From: Negativicoccus succinicivorans
GTDB lineage: Bacteria > Bacillota > Negativicutes > Veillonellales > Negativicoccaceae
Direction: 5' to 3'
Assembly (NCBI RefSeq): GCF_018373335.1
Contig: NZ_JAHAHH010000001.1
Coordinates: forward strand, 1-61,462
Length of the DNA: 61,462 nucleotides
A program made the position numbers and the translations under genes. This document shows, piece by piece, positions 1 through 9,627 of this stretch (within the stretch, counting starts at the first letter, position 1; each line of letters opens with the position of its first letter). The notes below the pieces were generated by a model. That model had not been told where the DNA came from and ran no database searches. It was given only the letters and a program-made list of their open reading frames with translations.

Positions 1-998
1 GTAATCGCATCCGCGATCATGTACATCGCATCGTAAGCGAGCGCCGCGTACGCATCCGGTTTCACACCGTAGGCTTTTTCATAGGCCGCCACAAAATCCA
101 TCGCCTTTTTATTGTTTTCATCCACGGCATAGTGGTTGCTGAAATACGTATTATTCAGGTTTTGCGCGCCGGCGATTTCCGCCAACTTCGCGCTGTCCCA
201 ACCGTCCGAACCCAAAATCGGTTTCGTGTAACCCATTTCACGCGCCTGCTTAATGATCAGGCCGACTTCCTGGTAGTACGCCGGTACAAAAATCGCATCC
301 GGATCGCTGGCGATGATTTTCGTCAGCGTCGCTTTGAAATCGGTATCTTTCTGCAGGAAACCTTCGGTACCGGTAACCGTGCCGCCGGCCGCCGTGAACG
401 CTTCCTCGAAGAATTTGGCCAATCCCTTGGAGTAATCGCTCGAGTTATCGACAAGGATCGCTACTTTTTGTGCGTTCAGCTGTTTCAACGCAAAGCTCGT
501 CATAACTTTGCCCTGGAACGAATCGACAAAGGTGGAGCGGAACATGAAATCGCGCACTTTATTCGCTTTGTCATCCCAGGTCACACGCGGATTCGAACCC
601 GTCGGGCTGATCCCGAGAACTTTCGCGGAGGAATTGATCGCGGACGCCGCAATCGCGTTCGAGCTGGTATCCGGAGCAATCGTGGCGATCGCGCCGTCAT
701 CAATCAATTTTTGCATCTGCGTCGTGGCTTCAGCCGCTTCCGAGCGGTTGTCGCCGACTTGCAGACTGACCTGCTTACCCATGAGGCCGCCTTTTTTGTT
801 GATTTCATCTACCGCCAGCTTAATCGCGTTCGCGGAGCTTTGACCGAAGGACGCCTGGTTACCGGTCATTTCCAAGTTCGCGCCGATTTTAATCGTATCG
901 GCCGCCGCTTTTTTGTCACCGCCGCCGCAACCCGCGAGCAATCCGATCGTCGCCATTGCCATCGCCGCTGCCGCTACTTTCTTTTGCCATTGTTTCAT
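1..998 (-). CDS. Branched-chain amino acid ABC transporter substrate-binding lipoprotein (LivJ/LivK family), 3' end beyond window start
   Basis: Manual minus-strand translation from ATG 998: MKQWQKKVAAAAMAMATIGLLAGCGGGDKK...IKIGANLEMTGNQASFG. Has an LAGC lipobox and a purine-rich RBS; paralogous to the adjacent gene. Confidence 0.88.
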   Translation of the reverse strand, partial: MKQWQKKVAAAAMAMATIGLLAGCGGGDKKAAADTIKIGANLEMTGNQASFGQSSANAIKLAVDEINKKGGLMGKQVSLQVGDNRSEAAEATTQMQKLIDDGAIATIAPDTSSNAIAASAINSSAKVLGISPTGSNPRVTWDDKANKVRDFMFRSTFVDSFQGKVMTSFALKQLNAQKVAILVDNSSDYSKGLAKFFEEAFTAAGGTVTGTEGFLQKDTDFKATLTKIIASDPDAIFVPAYYQEVGLIIKQAREMGYTKPILGSDGWDSAKLAEIAGAQNLNNTYFSNHYAVDENNKKAMDFVAAYEKAYGVKPDAYAALAYDAMYMIADAI

Positions 999-1030
999 GT
1001 TCTTACCCCCTTGTTTTTATACTTTTACTA

Positions 1031-2215
1031 TTAACTCAACTGAATACGTTTCAGGAAACGTCGTTCGCCGTTTACCAGCTGAATGACCACACCGCTCGAA
1101 ACGGTATTGTGATCGGCGTCGATGGAAATCTTACCGCTGATGGCTTTGAAATCCTGCATCTTCGTCAGTTCCTGTTGAATCTTATGCGGATCAGTCGACT
1201 GCGCCCGCCGGATGGCTTCGAGCAAGAGTCGTGTCGCATCGTACCCGAGCACCGCGTAGGAATCCGGTTTGTATCCGAAACGACGTTCATACCGTGTGAT
1301 AAACTGTTGCAACACCGGATCCGTATCATTTGGCGAGTAATGGTTGGTGTAGTAGGTATGGTTCAGATTTTTAGCGCCCGCAATTTCCACGAGTTTATCC
1401 GAATCCCAACCGTCACCACCGACGATCGGCACATTCCAGCCAATCTCACGTGCCTGCCGAACAATCATGCCCACTTCCTGGTAGTAGCCCGGCACGAACA
1501 AAACGTCCGGGTGTTGTGCTTTCAACTTCGTCAACGTGACTTTAAAATCCACATCTTTTTGCAGGTACGCTTCTTTGGCGATGACCGAGCCGCCGGCGGC
1601 CGTAAAGCTCTTGGTAAAGAAATTCGCCAAGCCGATCGCATATTCACTCGCATTATCGACCAGAATTGCCGCTTTTCGCGCTCCCAAGTCGCCGTAAGCG
1701 AACTCGGCGGCGATGCGTCCCTGGTAGGAGTCAATGAAAGTCGCTCGGAACACATAATCCCGCACCTTGCCGGTCGCCGGATCGATCGTAACCGCCGGAT
1801 GCGTCGCCTTCGGACTGATCAGCGGAATTTTATTTTCCGCTACCATCGGCGCCACCGCAATCACGTTCGAACTGGTATCCGGACCGATGATGCCGACCAC
1901 ACCCGCGTCCACCAGCTTAAACATCGCATCACTCGAGCCGGCGACATCGCTGCGGTTATCGAGCGCGATCAGCTGAATTTGCTTGCCGAGAATTCCGTCC
2001 GCGCTGTTCACTTCGTCGATCGCCATTTGCATGGCATTGACCGTCGATGTGCCGAAGCTGGCGTTCGAGCCGGTCATTTCCAGATTGCTGCCGATCGTCA
2101 GTAAATGAGTATTATTCGGACTGCGATTCGGCTGACAGCCGGTCATACCGACCAACGCAATCGTACCGACGAGCGCGCTGATAATCAGCGCCCGCCACTT
2201 TGTTTGCATGGACAT
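1031..2215 (-). CDS. Branched-chain amino acid ABC transporter substrate-binding lipoprotein (LivJ/LivK family)
   Basis: MTGC lipobox; IGSNLEMTG, VFRATFID, GGDGWDS and GYDA motifs; start placed at MSMQTK after GGAAAGGTAGGGGG. Confidence 0.88.
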   Translation of the reverse strand: MSMQTKWRALIISALVGTIALVGMTGCQPNRSPNNTHLLTIGSNLEMTGSNASFGTSTVNAMQMAIDEVNSADGILGKQIQLIALDNRSDVAGSSDAMFKLVDAGVVGIIGPDTSSNVIAVAPMVAENKIPLISPKATHPAVTIDPATGKVRDYVFRATFIDSYQGRIAAEFAYGDLGARKAAILVDNASEYAIGLANFFTKSFTAAGGSVIAKEAYLQKDVDFKVTLTKLKAQHPDVLFVPGYYQEVGMIVRQAREIGWNVPIVGGDGWDSDKLVEIAGAKNLNHTYYTNHYSPNDTDPVLQQFITRYERRFGYKPDSYAVLGYDATRLLLEAIRRAQSTDPHKIQQELTKMQDFKAISGKISIDADHNTVSSGVVIQLVNGERRFLKRIQLS

Positions 2216-2897
2216 CCCCCTACCTTTCCTTATCATGATAAAAAGGTATACTTCTTATGCGATTTATTATATTATCCGTAAATATCTCGGTCAACACCTA
2301 ATTTACAAGCATTTTGCAGGGTTTCAGTATTTTGTATACACAAAAACAATGCCGCTTTTTGTCGTCTTTTGCAAAACTCCCGCCCGTAGGGAAATCATGA
2401 CCTCTTCCCCAAAAACGATGTAAAAAAGAAATACAAAAACGACTTGCTCTCATCGCAATATCGTGTATACGATTTTAAAATTAGCATAGCCTATTGGATT
2501 TTTCGTGTACGCTTTTTCCGGCATCAATGCCATCTCGAAAAAAACGCTCTCCTTTTTGCCGCCACTTCTTTCAGCGATATACGGTTTCACATCGCTGCCG
2601 TAAAATGCGCAAAATTTGTACCAATTTGCCTTTTTTGTCTATTTTGTATCTTCTGCTATTCAATTTTTATTTTCTTTCCTTATTTTGCCTTTCGTTTTTG
2701 CAGTCATTTGTCATTTCACGGAAATTTTGAATCGTTCATTTTGCGCGTGCTATAAAATTTTTATTTTTCTCAAAGTCTAACGGCTTTTAATAAAATTTAC
2801 ACGGATACCATTTCAAAAAAATTTTGCCGACCGGAAATAAAAACGGAAAAATTTTCCCACCGTATTTTGAGCAATAAAAAAGACCGCAAAGCGGTCT

Positions 2898-3788
2898 TTA
2901 CTTTTTTGTCGGTAAAAACAACATCGGATCAACCGGCACGCCGTTAACACGTACTTCGTAATGAACGTGACTGCCGGTGCTGCGCCCGGTACTTCCCATG
3001 AAGGATATGACGGTGCCCGTTTGCACCTTATCGCCGACTTCGGCGATAATCAGCGAGTTATGCCCGTAACGCGTGACGATGCCGCCCGGATGCGTAACTT
3101 CCACCATATAACCGTAGCCGCCGGCCCAACCCGCCGCGGTGACGGTCCCGTTCGCGGTGGCCTGTATCGGAGAGCCGTAATCGCCGGCGATATCTACCCC
3201 TTCATGAAATCCGATGCCGTCACCGAAGGGATCGTTTCGCCAGCCGAAACTGCTGGAAACATATCCCCGCGCCGGCCAGATCGAGGGCGTATCGCCGGTC
3301 GCGCCGTCGTTCAATACGGGCTGATATGCCGGCGTAAGATCAATTCCTTCCGCCAACGATTGCCGCAACAGCACAAGCGAGTTCAGACGTTGGTCGGCGC
3401 GCGTGGAAAGCGCGGTGATACGTTCCAACAGCGCTCCCGGCGTTAACGCCTGCACCACTGCCGGCTCGCGCGCTACGGTGCCGCCACCACCTTGCGGCGC
3501 GGCTCCCGACTGCGAGCCTTGAATCATCTGCCGCACTTCCGCATCCAGCGCATCCAGACGCTGCATTTTGGTTTGCAGCTCCGTCAGTTTTTGGTTCGCG
3601 ATTTCCACCTGCCGCTGATGCAACTGATTTTCCTCGCGCAAACGATCCACTTCCCAATGTTGGTAATAGCCCCAACCGATCATCGTTAACGCGGCAAGCA
3701 ACACAATGATTTCCACTGCTACCAAAGTGTAAAACCATTTTTTGCGCATGGTCAACGTGACGGTGTCGGACGTTTGGAATGACTTCAT
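2898..3788 (-). CDS. M23 family metallopeptidase (N-terminal TM helix and coiled coil)
   Basis: HEGVD and HVH zinc motifs, GGYGY, TRYGH, GSTGRSTG. Confidence 0.92.
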   Translation of the reverse strand: MKSFQTSDTVTLTMRKKWFYTLVAVEIIVLLAALTMIGWGYYQHWEVDRLREENQLHQRQVEIANQKLTELQTKMQRLDALDAEVRQMIQGSQSGAAPQGGGGTVAREPAVVQALTPGALLERITALSTRADQRLNSLVLLRQSLAEGIDLTPAYQPVLNDGATGDTPSIWPARGYVSSSFGWRNDPFGDGIGFHEGVDIAGDYGSPIQATANGTVTAAGWAGGYGYMVEVTHPGGIVTRYGHNSLIIAEVGDKVQTGTVISFMGSTGRSTGSHVHYEVRVNGVPVDPMLFLPTKK

Positions 3789-4300
3789 GCCGTTCCTTTC
3801 TCCGGACCGCCGCCCTGTTCAAGCGCACGTGCCAAGCTGTCTTCTTCTTCTCTGCTGGGACGGGATAAATAGCGTCCGGCGCGAACTTCCTTCGCATATA
3901 CTCGCGTTTCTTCCGAGCCGCTGATCGCGGACACCGTGACCCCGTTACCCCGGCCGTCAAGCATGGTCAGTGAAAAGCTGTCCTGCTGACCGTTGGCGGC
4001 AAAAGCATTGTACTGAACAAAACCGATTTGTTGTAATGCGGCATGTTGCACCCGAGAAAGATTTTCCTGCGCCGCGCCCATCGCGCTGATGGATGCGCCC
4101 AGTTCACGCAATTCGCGCACTTCGGTCGCAAGTTTACGTTCCAGAGTGTTACCGTCTTCGCCGCGCATGAAAAGATTATATTTTTGTCGTAATTGACGCA
4201 TTTGCGTATATAAAACGAGTACATAAGCTAATACTATAACGAGCAGAGCAATTAATACGCCGAGCATAATCGTACCCGTCGTCTCCGTCAACCAAGCCAT
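3785..4300 (-). CDS. DUF4446-like membrane-anchored protein
   Basis: N-terminal TM helix; YNAF...SFSLTMLD...RVYAK pattern; position downstream of parB. Confidence 0.75.
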   Translation of the reverse strand: MAWLTETTGTIMLGVLIALLVIVLAYVLVLYTQMRQLRQKYNLFMRGEDGNTLERKLATEVRELRELGASISAMGAAQENLSRVQHAALQQIGFVQYNAFAANGQQDSFSLTMLDGRGNGVTVSAISGSEETRVYAKEVRAGRYLSRPSREEEDSLARALEQGGGPEKGTA

Positions 4301-4309
4301 ACTTCCTCC

Positions 4310-4325
4310 TGTTTCACGTGAAACA
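4310..4325. promoter_or_regulatory. parS site (perfect palindrome)
   Basis: TGTTTCACGTGAAACA immediately after the parB stop. Confidence 0.95.
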
Positions 4326-5189
4326 TTATTTCAGTAACGCCAAAAGCCGCTCCAGTTCATCCCAATTCGCATACGGAATGCGAATTTCACCATGCGTCTT
4401 GCTGCCGCTGCCCTGCGCGGTAATAGTTACTTTCGTTCCGAGCAATAAGGTCAGCTCCTCACTTTCCGCATGGAGATAAGCCTCGACGTTTGCATCCGAT
4501 TTTTTCGTTTTTTTCTGCTTCAGCGATTTCCGAGCCGGCGTTTTGGTTTCGGCAAGCAACGCTTCTACCCGGCGCGCACTTAAACCTTCCGCGACAATTT
4601 TTTGCGCCCAACGCACCTGCGCATCCGGATCTTCTACCGTCAGTAAAGGTCGCACCTGCCCGACGGTGAGATCGCGACGCGCCAACAGTTCCCGTACAAA
4701 ATCCGGCAATTGGAGAAGCCGCATCATATTGGTAATATACGGGCGGCTGCGGCCGACTTTAGTCGCAATCTGCGCCTGCGTCAGAGAAAATTCATCACGC
4801 AAACGATAGTACGCCGCCGCTTCTTCAATCGGATTTAAGTCTTCCCGTTGCAAGTTTTCGATTAACGCGACCGCGGCCAGCGCGGCATCGTCGTAATCAC
4901 GAATGACTACCGGCACGGTGCTAAGCTTGGCAATTTTAGCGGCGCGCAAACGCCGTTCCCCCGCGACCAATTGGTAGCCGTCATCGACCTTCATCACAAT
5001 GAGCGGCTGAATAATGCCGTACTCTTTGATCGACGCGGCCAAGTCATTCAGTTCATTTTCGGCAAACTCCTGCCGAGGCTGCTGCGGATTAGGAGCAATG
5101 TCCGTCAGAGGAACTTCCTGCACCGCCGATTCGCTACTAGGAAGCAACGAATCCAGACCGCGGCCCGGATTCATGCCTTTTTTAGCCAC
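4326..5189 (-). CDS. parB: Chromosome partitioning protein ParB/Spo0J
   Basis: GRGLDSL, PNPQQPR, AGERRLRA, ENLQREDLNPIEEA; GTG start at 5189 after GGAGG. Confidence 0.95.
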   Translation of the reverse strand: MAKKGMNPGRGLDSLLPSSESAVQEVPLTDIAPNPQQPRQEFAENELNDLAASIKEYGIIQPLIVMKVDDGYQLVAGERRLRAAKIAKLSTVPVVIRDYDDAALAAVALIENLQREDLNPIEEAAAYYRLRDEFSLTQAQIATKVGRSRPYITNMMRLLQLPDFVRELLARRDLTVGQVRPLLTVEDPDAQVRWAQKIVAEGLSARRVEALLAETKTPARKSLKQKKTKKSDANVEAYLHAESEELTLLLGTKVTITAQGSGSKTHGEIRIPYANWDELERLLALLK

Positions 5190-5943
5190 GCCGTAACACC
5201 TCCTGCGCCAATTCGCGATACACTTCCGCGCCTTTGGATTTATCGTCATAAAGAATAATCGGCTCGCCGTAGCTCGGCGCTTCGCTTAATCGCACATTGC
5301 GCGGAATCAGCGTGCGGTAGACTTTTTCGCCGAAATGTTTTTTGACTTCATCGGCCACCTGCAAAGACAAATTAGTGCGGCCGTCAAACATCGTCAACAC
5401 AACGCCTTCCAAATGCAGGCCCGGGTTCCAGTTGCCCGAAACCGAACGGATCGTCTGCAAAAGCTGCGCCACTCCTTCCAATGCGTAGTATTCGCACTGA
5501 ACGGGCACCAACACCGATCCCGCCGCGACCAACGCGTTCACCGTTAAAAGGCCCAAGGATGGCGGGCAGTCGATTAAGATATAGTCGAATTTCTTTTTTA
5601 ATTTACCTAAGGCGTCACGCAATTTTGTTTCACGTGAAACCATGTTGACCAATTCGACTTCCGCACCCGCCAACGCAATCGTCGCGGGCAAAACGGATAA
5701 ACCCTCCACGGCGGTTTTCACGCATGCTTTTTTGGCGGATGCTCCTTCGATCAGCACTTCATAACCGGAACTCTCGATTCGGTCTTTGTCGATCCCCAGA
5801 CCGCTGGTCGCATTTCCCTGCGCGTCCATATCCACTAACAGTACGGCTTGACCCGCTTCCGCCAGGCAGGCCGCCAGGTTTACGGCGGTCGTCGTTTTGC
5901 CTACGCCGCCTTTCTGATTCATGATGGCAATAATTTTACCCAC
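5182..5943 (-). CDS. parA: Chromosome partitioning ATPase ParA/Soj
   Basis: Deviant Walker A KGGVGKTT, DCPPSLG, PRNVRLSEAPS. Confidence 0.96.
   Translation of the reverse strand: MGKIIAIMNQKGGVGKTTTAVNLAACLAEAGQAVLLVDMDAQGNATSGLGIDKDRIESSGYEVLIEGASAKKACVKTAVEGLSVLPATIALAGAEVELVNMVSRETKLRDALGKLKKKFDYILIDCPPSLGLLTVNALVAAGSVLVPVQCEYYALEGVAQLLQTIRSVSGNWNPGLHLEGVVLTMFDGRTNLSLQVADEVKKHFGEKVYRTLIPRNVRLSEAPSYGEPIILYDDKSKGAEVYRELAQEVLRRG
5626..5641. promoter_or_regulatory. parS site inside parA (one mismatch)
   Basis: TGTTTCACGTGAAACC. Confidence 0.85.
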
Positions 5944-6067
5944 CGTGGCACCTCCATTTCTATTCGTACTTTATAGTATATCACACTGATCGACAGCGCT
6001 TTGTCAAAAGTCGATTTGTTTTTTCTTCCGCCCGCATAAAAAGAGACCGTCCGCAGACGGTCTCTTT

Positions 6068-6964
6068 TTATCCGAATAAATCTTCCAAGGTCATGTTTTT
6101 GTCTTTCGCCAGGACTTTTTGCCAGTGCTCCAAATGTTCCTTTTCCGCTCCGGATAGTGCCGGAAATTGCGGATCCAATTGTTTCAACAGCTGCAAGGTC
6201 GCCTGCGCCGCCAAGTAACGCGTGTACCATTTTTTATCCGCCGGCAGTATATACCAGGGAGCGTACTTCGTCGACGTAGCCTGAATCATGTCCGCGTACA
6301 CATGCTGGTAATTGTTCCAATACTTGCGTTCATTGATATCGGCCATGGAAAACTTCCAGTTCTTTTCCGGTCGTTTGATCCGATCAATCAGCCGCTCCGC
6401 CTGCTCGTCTTTAGAAACGTGCAAGAAAAATTTCAGCATAAAGTAGCCGTTTTCATGCAAGTAGCGCTCCCAATCATTGATTTGGCGGAAGCGTTCCTGC
6501 CAAAATTCCTTGTCGATTTCGACATCGTTGCCCGGAAAGTTCTGATCTTTCAATAAATTATGCACGCGCGTAACGATGACGTCTTCATAATGAGAGCGGT
6601 TGAAAATGCCGATTTCGCCACGCCGCGGCAAGGCCCGATTGACGCGCCAGAGGTAGTCGCGATCCAACTCTTCACTCGACGGTTGCTTAAAGGTGGCGAC
6701 ACGTACGCCTTGCGGATTGAGAACGGTGTAGACATGCTTGATGAGACCGTCTTTACCCGCCGCATCCATCGCTTGCAAAACGACGACAATGCCATGCTTA
6801 TTTTCGGCATAAAGTCGTTCCTGATAAACCTTCAGCTCTTCCAGAACTTCCGGAAACAATTCTTCTTTCACCGTCTGTTTATCCGCTTCTTTCGGTGGGG
6901 CTGTCGGAATATTTTTAAAATCCAACTTGTCTTTGTGATGCACGAGATACCGTTTGGCGTCCAT
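6068..6964 (-). CDS. Polyphosphate kinase 2 family polyphosphate:nucleotide phosphotransferase
   Basis: AMDAAGKDG Walker A, FKQPSSEEL, FNRSHYE, KNWKFS, APWY. Confidence 0.93.
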   Translation of the reverse strand: MDAKRYLVHHKDKLDFKNIPTAPPKEADKQTVKEELFPEVLEELKVYQERLYAENKHGIVVVLQAMDAAGKDGLIKHVYTVLNPQGVRVATFKQPSSEELDRDYLWRVNRALPRRGEIGIFNRSHYEDVIVTRVHNLLKDQNFPGNDVEIDKEFWQERFRQINDWERYLHENGYFMLKFFLHVSKDEQAERLIDRIKRPEKNWKFSMADINERKYWNNYQHVYADMIQATSTKYAPWYILPADKKWYTRYLAAQATLQLLKQLDPQFPALSGAEKEHLEHWQKVLAKDKNMTLEDLFG

Positions 6965-7006
6965 GGGTCTTCCTCCTCACTCTGATCGCAATCATTGTCA
7001 CTTACA

Positions 7007-7741
7007 TTATAAAGGTTGTTTCACCGCTTTGCCTGGCGCGCGCGGAAAACGCTTCGGCGTCGCCTGCACTTTTTGAATAATGCAGAGCACCCGCTCATCA
7101 AACCATTCGCCGCGATGCAATTTGCGCACTTCGCACAACTGACCCCCGAGTTCCCGAATAGCGCGTTGCGCAGCGCTCGCTTCCTCCGCGCCCTTCGGTC
7201 CTTTCCAGGCCAGAAAATAACCGCCTCGAGCGACAAAAGGCAACGCCCACTCGCAGAGCACGCGCAAATCGGCTACCGCGCGCGATGTCACCACCGCAAA
7301 CTGTTCGCGATATTCCTTCGCCTGCCCGGCAAATTCGGCGCGCTCATGGAGAATCTGTACATTCGTAAGGCCGATTGTTTGCGCGGCGTCAGCGACAAAA
7401 CGTAATTTTTTACCGACGGAGTCGAGCAATGTCCATTCGACATTCGGTGTAAGAATCGCCAGCGGGATACCGGGAAAACCGCCGCCCGTACCGAGATCAA
7501 GCGCGCGCGAACGCGCCGGAAAATACGCGGGATCATAGCCCAGCCACGAATCAATATAATGCTTCGCCAAAAATTCCTGCGGCTCGGTGATCGATGTCAA
7601 ATTCATCACCCGATTTTGCTCGATTACCGCAGTATAATACGCCGCATACGCCTGACTTTGCTCCGGCGTCAATGCGATCCCCAGCGACGTTGCCGCCGCT
7701 GTTATTTGTTCCGGGCTGAGCGTTGTCGTTTCAGGCATCAT
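7007..7741 (-). CDS. rsmG: 16S rRNA m7G527 methyltransferase
   Basis: NLTSI, DLGTGGGFPGIPL, SRAV; synteny with mnmG. Confidence 0.95.
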   Translation of the reverse strand: MMPETTTLSPEQITAAATSLGIALTPEQSQAYAAYYTAVIEQNRVMNLTSITEPQEFLAKHYIDSWLGYDPAYFPARSRALDLGTGGGFPGIPLAILTPNVEWTLLDSVGKKLRFVADAAQTIGLTNVQILHERAEFAGQAKEYREQFAVVTSRAVADLRVLCEWALPFVARGGYFLAWKGPKGAEEASAAQRAIRELGGQLCEVRKLHRGEWFDERVLCIIQKVQATPKRFPRAPGKAVKQPL

Positions 7742-9617
7742 GATCGACTCCCTGTCGCCGTTTTTGCTCCAAATAAATCATCAATACGGTAATATCCGCC
7801 GGCGAAACGCCGGAAACGCGCGAGGCCTGACCTAATGTGGCCGGTTTAATCTGCTGCAACTTTTGCCGCGCTTCGATCGAAATGCCGCGCAACGTATCAT
7901 ACGGCAAATCATCCGCGAGTTGCGTTGTTTCCATTTTCTGTTGGCGGCGAATGCGTTCCTGTTGCTTCGTAATATACCCTTCGTACTTGGTCGAAACCGA
8001 CAATTCTTCCCGCACATCGATGCCCGGATCGTCCCAGCCGAGTAAACGCGCGATATCCATATACGAAAGCTCGGGTCGCCGCAATAGTTGCGCGGCGGTT
8101 GTGCCGGTTTTCAACGCGGCGCTTCCCAAGCTCGTGAGATAGGCATTCGTTTCCGGCGTCGGCGTGAGCATCGTCGCCTGCAATTTTTGATGCCCTTCTT
8201 CCACCGCGGCGCGTTTCGCTTCATACCGCGCCCAACGCGCGTCACTTACTAAACCGAGTGTACGCCCGAACGGCGTCAAACGCAAATCCGCATTGTCCTG
8301 ACGCAATAGCAGACGATATTCACTGCGGCTCGTCATCATGCGATACGGTTCATTCGTGCCTTTCGTCACCAAGTCGTCAATCAGCGTGCCGATGTAGGCT
8401 TGCGCGCGCGTCAGCGTAAACGGTTCTTTACCGAGCACGTAATGCGCCGCGTTAACGCCGGCGATGAAACCCTGCGCCGCGGCTTCTTCATAACCCGAGG
8501 TTCCGTTCGCCTGTCCGGCGGAAAAAAGTCCGTCGCATTTTTTATAACGCAAACCCGCCGTCAGCTGCAACGGGTCCAGACATTCATATTCAATCGCGTA
8601 CGCCGGACGCATGATTTCGACATGCTCCAAGCCGGGGATCGTGCGCAAAAAAGCATACTGCACGTCCATCGGCAAGGATGTCGACATGCCCTGGACATAC
8701 ATTTCGTTGGTTTCCAAACCTTCCGGCTCGATGAAGAGTTGGTGCCGCTCTTTATCCGCGAAGCGCACCACTTTATCTTCAATCGAAGGACAATAGCGCG
8801 CGCCGACGCCGTGCACCAGCCCCGCGTATAAAGGAGCTCGATCTAAGTTGGCGCGAATGATCGCATGCGTTTCCGCGTTGGTATAGGTCAGCCAACAACA
8901 AGTCGCGTTGCGGTCTTTGCGTTCGGATAAAAAGGAAAATGTATGGAAATCCTTGTCGCCGTCCTGCCGTTCCATGCGCTCAAGCGACAGCGTGCGCAAA
9001 TCGACGCGACTCGGTGTGCCCGTTTTGAAACGACGCAGTTCGACGCCATGCGCCCGCAATGAATCGGCAAGCTTCAAACTCGCGCGGTAGCCGTTCGGAC
9101 CGCCGCTGTACTTATGCGTACCGATCAGAATTTCACCTTGTAAATACGTTCCTGTCGCCAATACAACCGCTTTTGCGCGATACGCTTCATCCAACTCCGT
9201 TTTAATGCCGGTTACGCGACCGTCCTCTACCAAAAGATCGGTTACCATCAATTGCTTGACGTCCAGGCGCGGTTCGTTTTCAACGATCTGTTTCATGCGG
9301 CGATGGTATGCGTTTTTATCATTTTGCGCGCGCAATGCGTGGACGGCCGGACCTTTGCCGCGATTCAGCATGCGCATCTGAATCGCCGTTTCATCGGCGA
9401 CAATCCCCATTTGTCCGCCCAACGCGTCCAATTCCCGCACGAGCTGGCTCTTGCCCGGACCGCCGATCGCCGGATTGCACGGCATCATTGCGATATTTTC
9501 CAAACTGATCGTGCACAGCAAAGTACGCGCTCCCAGACGCGCCGCGGCGAGTCCCGCCTCACAGCCCGCATGGCCCGCGCCGATCACGATCACATCGTAA
9601 CTTGCTACTTCGTACAT
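7731..9617 (-). CDS. mnmG: tRNA uridine-5-carboxymethylaminomethyl modification enzyme MnmG/GidA
   Basis: GAGHAGCEA, MPCNPAIGG, RYCPSIEDK, GTSGYEEAAAQG; start at MYEVASYD. Confidence 0.97.
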   Translation of the reverse strand: MYEVASYDVIVIGAGHAGCEAGLAAARLGARTLLCTISLENIAMMPCNPAIGGPGKSQLVRELDALGGQMGIVADETAIQMRMLNRGKGPAVHALRAQNDKNAYHRRMKQIVENEPRLDVKQLMVTDLLVEDGRVTGIKTELDEAYRAKAVVLATGTYLQGEILIGTHKYSGGPNGYRASLKLADSLRAHGVELRRFKTGTPSRVDLRTLSLERMERQDGDKDFHTFSFLSERKDRNATCCWLTYTNAETHAIIRANLDRAPLYAGLVHGVGARYCPSIEDKVVRFADKERHQLFIEPEGLETNEMYVQGMSTSLPMDVQYAFLRTIPGLEHVEIMRPAYAIEYECLDPLQLTAGLRYKKCDGLFSAGQANGTSGYEEAAAQGFIAGVNAAHYVLGKEPFTLTRAQAYIGTLIDDLVTKGTNEPYRMMTSRSEYRLLLRQDNADLRLTPFGRTLGLVSDARWARYEAKRAAVEEGHQKLQATMLTPTPETNAYLTSLGSAALKTGTTAAQLLRRPELSYMDIARLLGWDDPGIDVREELSVSTKYEGYITKQQERIRRQQKMETTQLADDLPYDTLRGISIEARQKLQQIKPATLGQASRVSGVSPADITVLMIYLEQKRRQGVDHDA

Positions 9618-9627
9618 GCTCTTCCCC

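Noticed and set aside
132..2104. Long plus-strand ORFs (300 and 382 aa)
   Set aside because: Antisense shadows of the two substrate-binding protein genes.
2237..2897. Small ORFs in the long AT-rich intergenic region
   Set aside because: Phe-rich products of T-rich sequence with no RBS; most likely promoter DNA for the ABC operon.
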